Positions 25,967-36,571 of a stretch of 64,000 bases of DNA are shown here, piece after piece. The notes below the pieces were generated by a model. That model worked only from the letters and a program-made list of their open reading frames with translations, did no database searches and was not told the origin of the DNA. The translations under genes and the position numbers were made by a program. This stretch comes from an uncultured Planctomycetaceae bacterium (GTDB lineage Bacteria; Planctomycetota; Phycisphaerae; SM23-33), in NCBI GenBank assembly GCA_964428895.1, contig CAYRZU010000004.1, forward strand, positions 16,381 through 80,380. The letters are read 5' to 3'. Numbering within the stretch: the first letter of the stretch is position 1; each line of letters starts with the position of its first letter.

Positions 25967-27795
25967 CCGGGCAGCAGCGCCAGCAAGTAGCGAATCATGA
26001 GTTGGTGGTATCTGCCAAACGTCTGGCCGTAGCGCAGGGGGGTCGGCCGGCAGAACCGATTGGCCAGGGGAATCGTTCGCGGGGCGCGGCTGTCGCAGGC
26101 CATGTTGAACCCGCTCTTGGGGCGCCGGGCCAGTTCGTCGGGATACAGATCCGCGATGGCCCGCCGGAGAACGATCTTGCCAAGCCCGTTGTCGCGTTTC
26201 AGCTCGACCGGCAGGCGCCAGCAGAACTCGACCAGATCCTTGTCCAGGAAGGGCACCCGCACCTCCAGGCTGTGGGCCATGCTCATGCGGTCAACCTTCA
26301 CCAGCATGTCGCTCGGGAGGTAGAAGGTCTGGTCGGCGTAAAGCAGGCAGTCCAACTCGCCACAGCCGGCCCGCTCGGCCCGGCGCATGGGCTCGGCGTA
26401 GCGTCCGAGCGGGTCGAAGTTCCGCGCCGCGTCCCAGAACTCCTCGGTGTAGGCCCGCCGCTTCAGCTCGCGCGTGAAGACCACCCGCCAACTCGCATGG
26501 TCGCGCCATCGACCTTGCTCGGCCCCAGCCACAAAGCGTCCCGCCTTTTCGCGCAACGAGTACTTGCCGCCGACTTCCGGCAGCAGCTTGGTCAACGGCC
26601 GAACGATGCCCTGGCGCACCCACCTGGGCCAGTGTCGGTACCGGGCGGCCGCCGCGGCGGCATCATGCGTGGCGTAGCCGCCGAGGGTTTCGTCGGCGCC
26701 GTCGCCACTGAGGGCGACGGTGACCTGGCGCCTCGCCATCTGACAGAGCAGGTAGGTCGGCAGGGACGAGGAGTCCGCGAACGGCTCGCGCGTGTGTGGG
26801 CGAACGCGGTCGCACAGCGCCGAGTAGTCCAACGTCATCGTCTCCGACGCCAACGTCACACCCAACGCCTCGGCCGCCTGAAGCGACCCCGGCAACTCGT
26901 CGAACCGCGGATCGGTGAAGCCCACGCTGAAGGCCCGCGTTTGGCCCGGGTTGGCGGCCTCCATGGCACGGATAATGGCGAAGGAGTCCGTTCCGCTCGA
27001 TAGGAACCCGCCCAGCGGCACGTCGGAGACCATCTGCTGTTTGACGACGGCCTTGAGCCGCGCATCGAACTGGTCGACCAACGCGTCGACGCTGCCCCTC
27101 AGCTTGGGCGCCTCCAGCGGCAAGGACCAATACGGCTCGATCCGCACGCGACCATCCTCGACCACCATCTGATGGCCCGGCGGCAACTGACGAATGTGCC
27201 GATAGCCCGTCAGCGGGGCCGGCACATAGCTGAAGGTGAAGTAGGCGTCGACGCCTTCCAGGTCGGCTTCGTCGTCGAACTCCGGCACCAACAGGATCGG
27301 CCGAACGTCCGACGCGAACAGCAGCGCCCCCTTGACGTCGGCGTAGAACAGGGGCTTGACGCCAAGGTGATCCCGCACCAGCCAGAGCCGGTTCTTTCGG
27401 GCGTCGTAGATGCCGAAGGCGAAGATGCCGCTGAGCCGATCCACGCACGCCAGGTCCCATTCCAAGTAGGCGTGCAGCAGCACCTCCGTGTCGCTGGTGG
27501 TCCGGAAGACGTGGCCCAAGCCTTCCAACTGGCGGCGCAGCTCGGGGAAGTTGTAGATCTCGCCGTTATAGGTCAGATGGACCTTCTCGTCCGGCGAGGC
27601 CATGGGCTGAGCGGCGCGTTCGTCGACGTCAATGATGGCCAACCGACGATGCCCCAACCCCACGCCCAGTCGCTGCAGGCGGCCGCGCCCGTCGGGGCCG
27701 CGGTGGGCCATCGCGTCGATCATCACATCGAACGCGTCGACCGGCACGGACCAGCCGCGCTGCGTATAGTCGAAGTAGCCCACAATGCCGCACAT
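25963..27795 (-). CDS. asnB: Asparagine synthetase (glutamine-hydrolysing) family protein
   Basis: MCGIVGYFDY (Cys2 nucleophile), HRGPDG, NGEIYNF, DTEVLLHAY and LSGIFAFGIYD are AsnB blocks. 610 aa. Confidence 0.8.
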   Translation of the reverse strand: MCGIVGYFDYTQRGWSVPVDAFDVMIDAMAHRGPDGRGRLQRLGVGLGHRRLAIIDVDERAAQPMASPDEKVHLTYNGEIYNFPELRRQLEGLGHVFRTTSDTEVLLHAYLEWDLACVDRLSGIFAFGIYDARKNRLWLVRDHLGVKPLFYADVKGALLFASDVRPILLVPEFDDEADLEGVDAYFTFSYVPAPLTGYRHIRQLPPGHQMVVEDGRVRIEPYWSLPLEAPKLRGSVDALVDQFDARLKAVVKQQMVSDVPLGGFLSSGTDSFAIIRAMEAANPGQTRAFSVGFTDPRFDELPGSLQAAEALGVTLASETMTLDYSALCDRVRPHTREPFADSSSLPTYLLCQMARRQVTVALSGDGADETLGGYATHDAAAAAARYRHWPRWVRQGIVRPLTKLLPEVGGKYSLREKAGRFVAGAEQGRWRDHASWRVVFTRELKRRAYTEEFWDAARNFDPLGRYAEPMRRAERAGCGELDCLLYADQTFYLPSDMLVKVDRMSMAHSLEVRVPFLDKDLVEFCWRLPVELKRDNGLGKIVLRRAIADLYPDELARRPKSGFNMACDSRAPRTIPLANRFCRPTPLRYGQTFGRYHQLMIRYLLALLPG

Positions 27796-27804
27796 GGCGA
27801 TTCG

Positions 27805-28692
27805 CTAACTGCGCTCGAAGCGCTCCTGCCGCAAGGCCGTGATCTGGTCGCACACCAAGCCGATCAGAAACGTCAGCACGCCCGAGATCACCACCGTCGA
27901 CGCGAACGTGGGGAAGCCCCGCCCGTACCGGAACGTGATAATCAAGCCGTAAACCATCCCCGGAATCACCTGCAGGGCGCTCAAGACGGTGAAGAACTTG
28001 AAGGCCTCGAACAGCACCAGGATGCGGGTGATCAGGTGCAGCGTGGTCAGCCCGTCGCGCAGCTGGCGGACGGTGCTCGAGCCCACCCGTTGGTGCGTAA
28101 CGATCTTCTTGTAGCCCAGCCGATACCCCCGCTTGATCATCAGCAGCGTGCTGGTGGTCGACGCCGAGAACCCATCCGGCAGCAAGTGCAGGTATTGGGC
28201 GATGATCTCCCGTCGAAACGCCCGCAGCCCGGAATTGAGGTCCGGAATGCGCTCGCGGGCGACCGCTTCAGCCACGATCCGCAGCAGGAACTTGCCCGGC
28301 ACGCGCTCGGGTCGCACGTCCGAGCCCCGCACGCGTCGGCCGATCACCGCATCCATCTGGCCGGACAGGACCGGACGAACCACGCGCGCCAAATCGCGCG
28401 GGCGATGCTGGCCGTCACCGTCGTACCAGGCTACCACCTTCCCGTGCGCGTGGCGAACGGCCGTCTTGATCGACGCGCCGTAGCCCATGTTGCGGCTGTG
28501 GGTCAGTACCGTTACACCGGGAACGCCTTGGGCGACCTGGCCGGTCTTGTCCTTCGAGCCGTCGTCGACCACGATGACCTCCGCCTGCGGAAACTGCGCC
28601 CGCAGCTCGCGCAGGGTCGGTTCGATCGCGTCGGCCTCGTTGTAGGCCGGGATGCAAACCGTTACATCCTCGAATGACAGGTCGGAACTCAC
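27805..28692 (-). CDS. GT2-family glycosyltransferase (polyprenyl-phosphate sugar synthase; DPM1/ArnC/GtrB-like) with C-terminal TM helices
   Basis: VCIPAYNEADAI and VIVVDDGSKDKT (DXD region) are the GT2 catalytic blocks, followed by a C-terminal pair of TM segments. Confidence 0.8.
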   Translation of the reverse strand: MSSDLSFEDVTVCIPAYNEADAIEPTLRELRAQFPQAEVIVVDDGSKDKTGQVAQGVPGVTVLTHSRNMGYGASIKTAVRHAHGKVVAWYDGDGQHRPRDLARVVRPVLSGQMDAVIGRRVRGSDVRPERVPGKFLLRIVAEAVARERIPDLNSGLRAFRREIIAQYLHLLPDGFSASTTSTLLMIKRGYRLGYKKIVTHQRVGSSTVRQLRDGLTTLHLITRILVLFEAFKFFTVLSALQVIPGMVYGLIITFRYGRGFPTFASTVVISGVLTFLIGLVCDQITALRQERFERS

Positions 28693-28857
28693 CGGGCGGG
28701 ACCTTTCGGAATCTCAAGCGGGTTGAGCCTATTATTCCCAAGCCCGCAACCAGCACAAGCGCTTTGCCGTCAACGTGCGGTGGCCGAATATCGCTTTCGG
28801 CCGTTGAATCGAGTACCTTACTCGGGCTGTGGCCACCTTCGGCCCCCGAAACATCCC

Positions 28858-29511
28858 ATGAGTTCGACCGACACCAATGCCCCGCCGACCCTCAAGCCCA
28901 AGAGCCTGCTGCAAGGGCTCTGGGACTTCCTGGGGATTGCCTTTCGGCTGGTGCTGTTCGACCAGGCGTGGCTGCCCAGGTTCGGCTGGACCACCATGGA
29001 AGACGACCGCATGCGGGCGGTGCTGCCCGAAACTAGGGGCCGCCTGCTGGACCTCGGCTCGGGGACCAATCGCCTGGTCAACACCTACGGCGACGGCGTC
29101 GGTGTCGACGTGGTCGACTGGGGCGGCGGCACGGTGGTGGTCCCCGACACCGCCGACCTGCCGTTCGAGGATGCCTCCTTCGACACCGTTACCTTCATCG
29201 CGTGTCTGAACCACATTCCCTACCGCGCCCGGGCCCTGGCTGAGGCCCGCCGCCTGCTCCGCCCCGGCGGACGCGTGCTGATCACCATGATCAACCCTCT
29301 CCTGGGCGGCCTGGGCCATAAGCTATGGTGGTATTCCGAGGACAAACACCGCGATGTTGACGCCCGCGAAGTTGGCGGCATGTGGACCAAGACAATCGTC
29401 CGCCTCTGCGCCGACGCCGGCCTGGCGCTCGCCCGCCATAAGCGGTTTGTCTACGGCATGAACCACCTGTACGTGTTCGAGCTGGCCGATCTCCCCGCCA
29501 ACGAGGGCTAG
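28858..29511 (+). CDS. Class I SAM-dependent methyltransferase (Methyltransf_11-like)
   Basis: LLDLGSGTNRL (motif I) and LRPGGRVLIT (post-II) are present. The homologous region starts at ATG 28858; the tracked ORF from 28723 is an unsupported extension. Confidence 0.65.
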   Translation: MSSTDTNAPPTLKPKSLLQGLWDFLGIAFRLVLFDQAWLPRFGWTTMEDDRMRAVLPETRGRLLDLGSGTNRLVNTYGDGVGVDVVDWGGGTVVVPDTADLPFEDASFDTVTFIACLNHIPYRARALAEARRLLRPGGRVLITMINPLLGGLGHKLWWYSEDKHRDVDAREVGGMWTKTIVRLCADAGLALARHKRFVYGMNHLYVFELADLPANEG

Positions 29512-29513
29512 CA

Positions 29514-30323
29514 ATGGGCGAGCGGCTCCTGACGATTGGATTGTTCACCGACGCCCACGTCGCCGGGGCCGACTACAGCAGCCGTTATTGCTCCCACTCC
29601 CTCGATAAGCTCGCCGAAGCCATTGACACGTTCATCGAACGCAAGGTGGACGCCATCATCGACCTCGGCGACTTGCTCGACCGGGTCGACGGCGACCCCA
29701 CCGACCCGGCCGACAACCTGGCCGCAGCAGCAGCCATTGTGCGGCGCTTCGACGGGCCACATCATTTTGTCCTCGGCAATCACGACCTGGATTGCCTTAC
29801 CAAAGCCGACCTACTCGCCCAAAGCGGCGCCGCCAGCGACACGCCACGATACGCGTTCGACCACGCGCCTTTCCGCTTCATCGTGCTGGACACCAACTGC
29901 TTCGAGGACGGCTCGGATTACACGCCCGAAACCATGCCCGAAGACTGGGGAGAGGCCTGGCTAGGCGAAGCTCAACTAACGTGGCTGGCTGATGAACTGA
30001 AACGGGCGGGCGACAGACCCACGCTGATCCTGACCCACGCCGAACTCGACCCCCGCGTCACCGAAGCGGGTGTCAACAAGCACGCCGTCAAAGATAGCGC
30101 CGCCGCTCGCGGCATCATCGCCCAAGCCGGCAACGTCCGGGCCGTCCTCCAAGGCCACTGCCACACCGGCCGATTCGGAGAGCACGACGGAATCCCCTAT
30201 CTGACCCTCAAAGCTCTATGCGAAGGCCCATTCCCGCCCAGCAACGCCTACGCGATCCTCCATCTGGACACAGACGGCAGCATTCAGTTCGAGGGCTTCG
30301 CCGATCAACCCAGCTTCCCCTAG
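29514..30323 (+). CDS. Calcineurin-like metallophosphoesterase
   Basis: The MPE metal-binding motifs are GLFTDAHV, IDLGDLLD and VLGNHD. Confidence 0.7.
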   Translation: MGERLLTIGLFTDAHVAGADYSSRYCSHSLDKLAEAIDTFIERKVDAIIDLGDLLDRVDGDPTDPADNLAAAAAIVRRFDGPHHFVLGNHDLDCLTKADLLAQSGAASDTPRYAFDHAPFRFIVLDTNCFEDGSDYTPETMPEDWGEAWLGEAQLTWLADELKRAGDRPTLILTHAELDPRVTEAGVNKHAVKDSAAARGIIAQAGNVRAVLQGHCHTGRFGEHDGIPYLTLKALCEGPFPPSNAYAILHLDTDGSIQFEGFADQPSFP

Positions 30324-30329
30324 GGGGGC

Positions 30330-32972
30330 CTACAAATCGCTCTTGAGCTTGCGGAGGGCTTCGAGCGCTTGCATGGGAGTGAGGTTGTCTAGGTCGAGGG
30401 CTTTGATTTCTCGGGCAACGTGGGCGGGCCTGTCGGCGAAGAGCTGCATTTGCTCAGCCGCCTGCTTGGCCCGGTCGGCCAGCTCGGGCATGTCGAGGCC
30501 CTCAGCGAGGTGGGCTTGCAGTTGGGGCAGCAGCGTCTTGGCGCGGTCGATAACGTCGGCGGGCACGCCGGCCAGGCGGGCGACGTGGACGCCGTAGCTC
30601 TGGTCGCAGCCGCCGCGGGTGATCTTATGCAGGAAGATCACCTCGTCGGCCCATTCCTTGACCGCCACGTTGTAGTTCCGCACGCCGGCGAGCAATCCCT
30701 CGAGCTCGCACAGTTCGTGGTAGTGCGTGGCGAACAGGGCGCGACATTTCAGTTGGGTGGCCAGGTACTCGCTGATGGCCCAGGCCAGGGCGAGCCCGTC
30801 GTAGGTGCTCGTGCCTCGGCCGACCTCGTCGAGAATGACCAACGACCGGCTGGTCGCGTTGTTGAGGATGTTGGCGGTCTCGACCATTTCCAGCATGAAC
30901 GTCGATAGGCCGCGCGTCAGCTCGTCGGCGGCGCCCACGCGGGTGAAGATGCGGTCCACCAGGCCGATGGTAGCTGATTCCGCTGGGACAAAGCTGCCTG
31001 TCTGCGCCATCAGCGTCAGCAGGGCGACCTGGCGGATGTAGGTACTCTTGCCGGCCATATTCGGGCCGGTGATGATCAGCAACCGATCCTTCTTGGGCGT
31101 CATCATCAGATCGTTGGGGACGAATGTCTCCGCCAGTTGCTGGGCCAACACCGGGTGCTTCCCGCCGACGATTTCCAGGATGTTGTCCTGCGTAATGGTC
31201 GGCCGAACGTACCCGCGATCGACCGCCAACTGCGCCAGCGCCCCCAGCACGTCCAGCGTAGCCAAGGCTTCAGCCGCCCGCTGGAAGCCTTCCAGGTGTT
31301 GGGCCAACTGCTGGCGGATCTGCTCGAACAGCATGCCCTCCAGGTCCTTGGCCCGCTCGCCGGCGGTCAGGACCTCGGTCTCGTAGCGCTTCAACTCGTC
31401 GGTGATGTAGCGTTCGGCGTTCTTGAGCGTCTGTTTGCGGACGTAGTCGGCCGGCACCTTGTCCTGATTGACGTGGGTGACCTCGATGTAATAGCCGAAC
31501 ACCTTGTTGAAACCGATCCGCAGGTTCGGAATGCCCAGCCGTTTGGCTTGCTCGGCCTGGTAGCCGGCTAGCCAGCTCTGCCCGTCGGCGCCAACGCGTC
31601 GCAGGCGGTCGAGTTCGTCGTGGAAGCCGGCCGCGATCACGCCGCCGTCGCGAAGCACGTTGGGACAATCCGGGTCGATCGACTCGGCGATCAGATAGGC
31701 CGGGGCGTCCAGGCCGTCGAAGGTCGGCATCAGGTGCGCAACCAGGTCGGCCGAGCAACCGGCGATGGCCTCAGCCAGCTTGGGCAGAATCGCCAGCGTC
31801 TGCCCCAGCGCCACCAGTTCGCGCGGCCGCACGCGGGCCAGGGCGATGTTGGCGGCAATCCGGTCGATCTGCGAAGTCTCTCCCAGCAGCGTGCGGATGT
31901 CGGCCAGTCGTTGCCGGTCGGTCGTCAGTTCCTCCACCGCATCCTGCCGCAGCACGATGGCGCTGTAGCCGGTCAGCGGGAACGTTAGCCATCGCTCTAA
32001 CAGCCGCGCGCCCATGCCGGTGCAGGTCTCATCGATGCATGACAGCAGGCTGCCCTCCCGCCGATTGCTGCGCAGCGTTCGGTGGACTTCCAGACATCGC
32101 AGCGTGTTGCCGTCGATGGCCATGTGGTCGGTGCGGTCGAACTTCGATAGCGCGCGGATATGGTCCAGCGCCGTCTTCTGCGTTTCGCGCAGGTATTCGA
32201 TGATGGCGCCCGCCGCCGAGAGCGACGCGTCCCACCCCTCAAAACCGAACCCCTCCAGTGTGGCCACCGCGAAGTGTTCTTGCAGGGCGGCCTGCGCCCC
32301 GTGTGCTTCGAACGCCCACGGCGGACGGCTGGTCGAAACCGCCGACGTGCACTGATCGAGCGTCTGGCGGAACTCGGCGGTATCGAAGGCCGAGCCCTCC
32401 GCCACCAACACCTCGGCCGCCCCGATGCGGATCAACTCATCCAACACGTGGTCGGCCGGCGTGAGCATGGTCCGAAAATCCCCGCTGGATAGCTCCACCC
32501 ACGCCAATCCCGCTTGGTCATCACCCACCGGAAACGCCGCCGCCAGGTAGTTCCCCGCCCGCTGATCCAGCAACGCCTCATCGGTTAGCGTCCCTGGCGT
32601 GATCAGCCGCACCACATCGCGCTTGACCACGCCCTTGGCCTGCTTGGGGTCCTCGACCTGTTCGCAGATCGCCACGCGATGCCCGGCCCGGATCAGTCGT
32701 CCCAGGTAGCTGTCCAACGCGTGGTACGGCAGCCCCGCCAGCGGAACCGCTGACGGGCCCTTGCTGCGCGCGGTCAGGGCCAACCCCAGATCGCGGCTGG
32801 CGATCTTAGCGTCCTCGTAGAACAGCTCGTAAAAATCGCCCATGCGGAACAACAGCAGGTAGTCGGGGTACTGCTCCTTGAACTGCCGGTACTGCCGCAT
32901 TGCGGGCGTATCGAGTTGGGCAGACGTTTCAGGGGTCATCGGGTGTCGTCGATGATAGGCCACCGCCGCCAA
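30330..32972 (-). CDS. mutS: DNA mismatch repair protein MutS
   Basis: TPAMRQYRQFKEQYPDYLLLFRMGDFYELFYEDA is the mismatch-binding domain. The Walker A GPNMAGKST and the C-terminal HTH are present. 880 aa; an alternative start at the M12 codon (32939) cannot be excluded. Confidence 0.9.
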   Translation of the reverse strand: MAAVAYHRRHPMTPETSAQLDTPAMRQYRQFKEQYPDYLLLFRMGDFYELFYEDAKIASRDLGLALTARSKGPSAVPLAGLPYHALDSYLGRLIRAGHRVAICEQVEDPKQAKGVVKRDVVRLITPGTLTDEALLDQRAGNYLAAAFPVGDDQAGLAWVELSSGDFRTMLTPADHVLDELIRIGAAEVLVAEGSAFDTAEFRQTLDQCTSAVSTSRPPWAFEAHGAQAALQEHFAVATLEGFGFEGWDASLSAAGAIIEYLRETQKTALDHIRALSKFDRTDHMAIDGNTLRCLEVHRTLRSNRREGSLLSCIDETCTGMGARLLERWLTFPLTGYSAIVLRQDAVEELTTDRQRLADIRTLLGETSQIDRIAANIALARVRPRELVALGQTLAILPKLAEAIAGCSADLVAHLMPTFDGLDAPAYLIAESIDPDCPNVLRDGGVIAAGFHDELDRLRRVGADGQSWLAGYQAEQAKRLGIPNLRIGFNKVFGYYIEVTHVNQDKVPADYVRKQTLKNAERYITDELKRYETEVLTAGERAKDLEGMLFEQIRQQLAQHLEGFQRAAEALATLDVLGALAQLAVDRGYVRPTITQDNILEIVGGKHPVLAQQLAETFVPNDLMMTPKKDRLLIITGPNMAGKSTYIRQVALLTLMAQTGSFVPAESATIGLVDRIFTRVGAADELTRGLSTFMLEMVETANILNNATSRSLVILDEVGRGTSTYDGLALAWAISEYLATQLKCRALFATHYHELCELEGLLAGVRNYNVAVKEWADEVIFLHKITRGGCDQSYGVHVARLAGVPADVIDRAKTLLPQLQAHLAEGLDMPELADRAKQAAEQMQLFADRPAHVAREIKALDLDNLTPMQALEALRKLKSDL

Positions 32973-33084
32973 ACCGGCAAGAGACCACCAACGCCCCCCC
33001 CGGCATATCCGACGCTGTTAGGCCGCCACAACTGTGCTATGATTAGATGATGGTCGGTCTGTTCGTGGGCCGATCCAAGTCCAT

Positions 33085-34182
33085 GTGAGACGTTCGTATC
33101 ACCTACAGGAAATGGTGTTGACCGAGGACCGATTCAAGACGGGGAGGAGGTGCGGCGAGGCGCAGCCCGTGCGCCCAGCCTTTACGCTGACCGAGTTGCT
33201 GATTATCCTCAGCATTGTCGGCTTGCTTGCCGTGATCGCCGTGCCGAGCTTCGAGCGCATGCTGGAATCGTCCCGCTCAGCCCTCTGTCGCAACCAGCTT
33301 CGCCAGATCAGCATTACGCTGCTGGACGAGACCACCAGCGGCATCGACCTTCACAACCGGCTCGGCATAGCCGTGCCCGACTACACCCGCTGGGAGGCCA
33401 CCATCGTCGAGGCTGACCTGATAGATCTGATGGTCTGCCCCTCCGACAACGAACCGCTGGAAGACCCCCTCGAAGCGGTCAAGGACCTCTACATCCACCA
33501 AGTCAGTTGGCAGTACGGGTGGGAGCAACACTTCGACACGCCGCTTTACGACGTACTGACAGGCCAGGGCATCAACGATCCGCAGTTAATCGGCATGTAC
33601 AAGGGACAGGAACTCAACGGCGGCAACCCGGTGAACCCTCTGTGGAAAGTTCTCAGCCCGTTCGGGGGCCAGATCGCCGACAACCAGGCAGCCATCGCGG
33701 TTGGGTGGTCGACCATCCTGATCACCTTCACCGATCACTACGCCATCGTCGAGGAATACATCTACGACGTTGAGTTCTGGGAAGCCTACGGCGACCAGAC
33801 CGGCAGCGACCACTTTCTCTGCGACGGGCCCGGCGATAATTGGGAGAGCGAGACCGTTCGCGATCTGATCGGGCGCAATTACGCCAACAGCGCCCGTTCC
33901 TACGCCGCCCTGGCCAAGATCAGCTACGGCATGAACAGCCTGGTCCAGAACGCCTCGCCCAATCTCGGGCAGATCTACATGATGGACTACACCGACGCCG
34001 ACGCCATCCTCCACGGCGACCAGCTCGACCAGCCCTTTGATGAGAAGTACACCAACGGTGAAGTGGTCGCTCGCCACAACGGCCGAGCCAACGTCCTCTA
34101 CGTCGACGGGCGAATTGTCTCCCTGACCAAACCCGAAATCGAAGAGCAATACACCGACCCGGCCGGCACGTTCCACCATTAG
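33085..34182 (+). CDS. DUF1559 protein (prepilin-type N-terminal cleavage/methylation motif plus H-X9-DG C-terminal motif)
   Basis: PAFTLTELLIILSIVGLLAVIAVPSFERMLESSRSALCRNQLRQI is a type IV pilin-like N-terminus. HNGRANVLYVDGRIV is the H-X9-DG motif. The family is expanded in Planctomycetota. Confidence 0.7.
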   Translation: MRRSYHLQEMVLTEDRFKTGRRCGEAQPVRPAFTLTELLIILSIVGLLAVIAVPSFERMLESSRSALCRNQLRQISITLLDETTSGIDLHNRLGIAVPDYTRWEATIVEADLIDLMVCPSDNEPLEDPLEAVKDLYIHQVSWQYGWEQHFDTPLYDVLTGQGINDPQLIGMYKGQELNGGNPVNPLWKVLSPFGGQIADNQAAIAVGWSTILITFTDHYAIVEEYIYDVEFWEAYGDQTGSDHFLCDGPGDNWESETVRDLIGRNYANSARSYAALAKISYGMNSLVQNASPNLGQIYMMDYTDADAILHGDQLDQPFDEKYTNGEVVARHNGRANVLYVDGRIVSLTKPEIEEQYTDPAGTFHH

Positions 34183-34484
34183 ACGCCCGACCGCTCGCAA
34201 GTCCTGACGGCCAAATTCCTTGCCGACGCTGTCAAAACGCGCTCGCCCCGGCCAATCTGGCCGCCCAGATGGCAGGATGGGGGCCAGGATCCCTCCACGC
34301 CATCACACATAACAAACTCGCAGATAAAGACTTGTGTGTTACGGCACAGGGGTTGCTCTTGATAGGTGGCCGCCGTTGCGCTCGCATTGCAGGTAGGCCG
34401 GCGGAGCGACCGGACGAGAATAGAAGTAAGGCCAGGTTTAACAAACTGTTACAACAAAACGCTAGCTAAAAGGAGATTCACCCT

Positions 34485-36188
34485 ATGGCCGCGAAAGAAC
34501 TCGCTTTTGAGACCCACGCGCGGGAGGCCCTGCTTCAGGGCGTCCGCAAGCTCGCGCGGGCGGTCAAGAGCACCCTCGGCCCCCGTGGCCGCCACGCCAT
34601 CCTGGACAAGGGATGGGGCGCCCCCACGGTGACCAAAGACGGCGTGACCGTCGCCGAGGAAATTGAATTGACCGATAAGACCGAGAACCTCGGCGCCCAG
34701 ATGGTTAAGGAGGCCGCCTCAAAGACCTCCGACGTCGCCGGCGATGGCACGACCACCGCCACGGTCCTGACCGAGGCGATCTTCGCCGAGGCGTTCCGCA
34801 ACCTCGCCGCCGGCGCCGACGCGATGGCCCTGTCGCGCGGGCTGAAGAAGGCGGTCGAGGCCATCAGCGCCGACCTGGTCAAGCTCTCCAAGCCCGTCGC
34901 CGATGACGCCGACATCCGCAATATCGCCGCCATCAGCGCCAACAACGACATGTCCGTCGGCAAGATGCTGGCTGAGGCCATGGACAAGGTCGGGCGCGAC
35001 GGCGTGATCACGGTCGAAGAAGGCAAGAGCCTCGAGACCACCGTCGACGTCGTCGAAGGCATGCAGTTTGACCGCGGCTATCTGTCGCCGCACTTCGTCA
35101 CCGACGCCGACGCCATGGAATGCGTCTTTGACAAGCCCCTGGTGCTGATCCACGAAGACAAAGTCTCCAACGTGGCCAAGCTCGTGCCGCTGCTGGAGAA
35201 GGCCTCCCAGGCCAAGCGCCCGCTGCTGATCATCGCCGAAGACGTCGAGGGCGAAGCGCTGGCGACGTTGGTTGTTAACAAGATGCGGGGCATCCTGCAG
35301 ATCGCGGCTGTCAAGGCCCCCGGCTACGGCGACCGCCGCAAGGCCATGCTGCAGGACCTGGGCATCCTCACCGGAGGCAAGGTCTTCAGTAAGGACCTCG
35401 GGATCGATCTGGAAAGCGTGGCCCTGGCCGACTTGGGCACGGCCAAGCGAATCCGCATCGATAACGACAACACCACCGTGATCGAAGGCGCCGGCGAGAC
35501 CAAGGCCATCCAGGCCCGGATTGAACAGATCCGCAACGAGATCGAGACCACCACCAGCAGCTACGACCGCGAGAAGCTCCAAGAGCGTCTGGCCAAGCTG
35601 GCCGGCGGCGTAGCGCAGATCAACGTTGGCGCCGCCACCGAGAGCGACATGAAGGCCAAGAAGGCCCTGATCGAAGACGCCCTCCACGCGACGCGTGCCG
35701 CCATTGAAGAAGGCATCCTGCCCGGCGGCGGCGTGGCGTTGGTTCGGTCGGCCAAGGCCCTGGACGCCCTGAAGCTTTCCGGTGATGAAGCCACCGGCGC
35801 CGCCATCGTCGCCAAGGCCCTCACCGAGCCGCTGCGGCAAATCGTTGCCAACGCGGGCGAACAGCCCTCCGTGGTCCTCAAGAAGGTGGCCGACGGCAAG
35901 GCGGGGTTCGGCTTCAACGCCGACACCATGGAGTTTGAAGACCTTGTCGCCGCCGGCGTGATCGACCCGACCAAGGTCACCCGCTCGGCCTTGCAGAACG
36001 CGGCCTCCGTGGCGGCGCTGCTGCTGACGTGCGACTGCTGCGTCACCGAGAAGCCCAGTGATGAAGAACCCATGCCGGCTGGCGCCCCTGGCGGCGGCAT
36101 GGGTGGTATGGGCGGCATGGGTGGCATGGGCGGTATGGGTGGTATGGGTGGTATGGGCGGCATGGGCGGCATGCCCGGCATGATGTAG
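34485..36188 (+). CDS. groL: Chaperonin GroEL paralog 1 (with C-terminal GGM repeat tail)
   Basis: [56 protein letters not shown] is the canonical GroEL N-terminus. The protein is full length at 567 aa and ends (GGM)n PGMM. A strong SD AAAGGAGA precedes the ATG. Confidence 0.95.
   Translation: MAAKELAFETHAREALLQGVRKLARAVKSTLGPRGRHAILDKGWGAPTVTKDGVTVAEEIELTDKTENLGAQMVKEAASKTSDVAGDGTTTATVLTEAIFAEAFRNLAAGADAMALSRGLKKAVEAISADLVKLSKPVADDADIRNIAAISANNDMSVGKMLAEAMDKVGRDGVITVEEGKSLETTVDVVEGMQFDRGYLSPHFVTDADAMECVFDKPLVLIHEDKVSNVAKLVPLLEKASQAKRPLLIIAEDVEGEALATLVVNKMRGILQIAAVKAPGYGDRRKAMLQDLGILTGGKVFSKDLGIDLESVALADLGTAKRIRIDNDNTTVIEGAGETKAIQARIEQIRNEIETTTSSYDREKLQERLAKLAGGVAQINVGAATESDMKAKKALIEDALHATRAAIEEGILPGGGVALVRSAKALDALKLSGDEATGAAIVAKALTEPLRQIVANAGEQPSVVLKKVADGKAGFGFNADTMEFEDLVAAGVIDPTKVTRSALQNAASVAALLLTCDCCVTEKPSDEEPMPAGAPGGGMGGMGGMGGMGGMGGMGGMGGMGGMPGMM
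36093..36173 (+). repeat. Nine tandem 9-nt units (GGY GGY ATG) encoding the GroEL GGM tail
   Basis: Read directly from the sequence: ggcggcatg / ggtggtatg variants x9 inside the groEL1 3' end. Confidence 0.9.
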
Positions 36189-36233
36189 CCCGACAGGACA
36201 ACCACGAACTTTCAATCTAAGGAACAAAAGATA

Positions 36234-36524
36234 ATGGCTATCAAACCTCTTGATGATCGGATTCTAATCGAACAGTGCGCCGCTGAGCAGACCACCGCGG
36301 GCGGCATCGTCCTGCCGGACTCGGCTCAGGAAAAGCCCCAGATGGGCAAGGTCGTGGCGGCGGGCCCGGGCCGCCTGCTGGATAGCGGCGAGCGCGGCGC
36401 ATTGGGCGTCAAGGTCGGCGACGTGGTGTATTACGGCAAGTACGCCGGCACCGAGGTCAAGGTCGGCGACGGCGATTTTGTGATCTGCCGCGAGTCGGAC
36501 ATCCTGGCCGTCGTGGACAAGTAA
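36234..36524 (+). CDS. groS: Co-chaperonin GroES
   Basis: [14 protein letters not shown]...[23 protein letters not shown]...[15 protein letters not shown] is a GroES signature. 96 aa. Confidence 0.95.
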   Translation: MAIKPLDDRILIEQCAAEQTTAGGIVLPDSAQEKPQMGKVVAAGPGRLLDSGERGALGVKVGDVVYYGKYAGTEVKVGDGDFVICRESDILAVVDK

Positions 36525-36571
36525 GCACCGGACCTGTCCCGGCTGCGTGCCGGAGACCATAGGAGTAAACC

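Noticed and set aside
36093-36173. A CRISPR-like repeat array.
   Set aside because: The only tandem repeat seen is the 9-nt coding GGM repeat inside groEL1, which has no spacers. No CRISPR-type repeat-spacer architecture occurs anywhere in the window.
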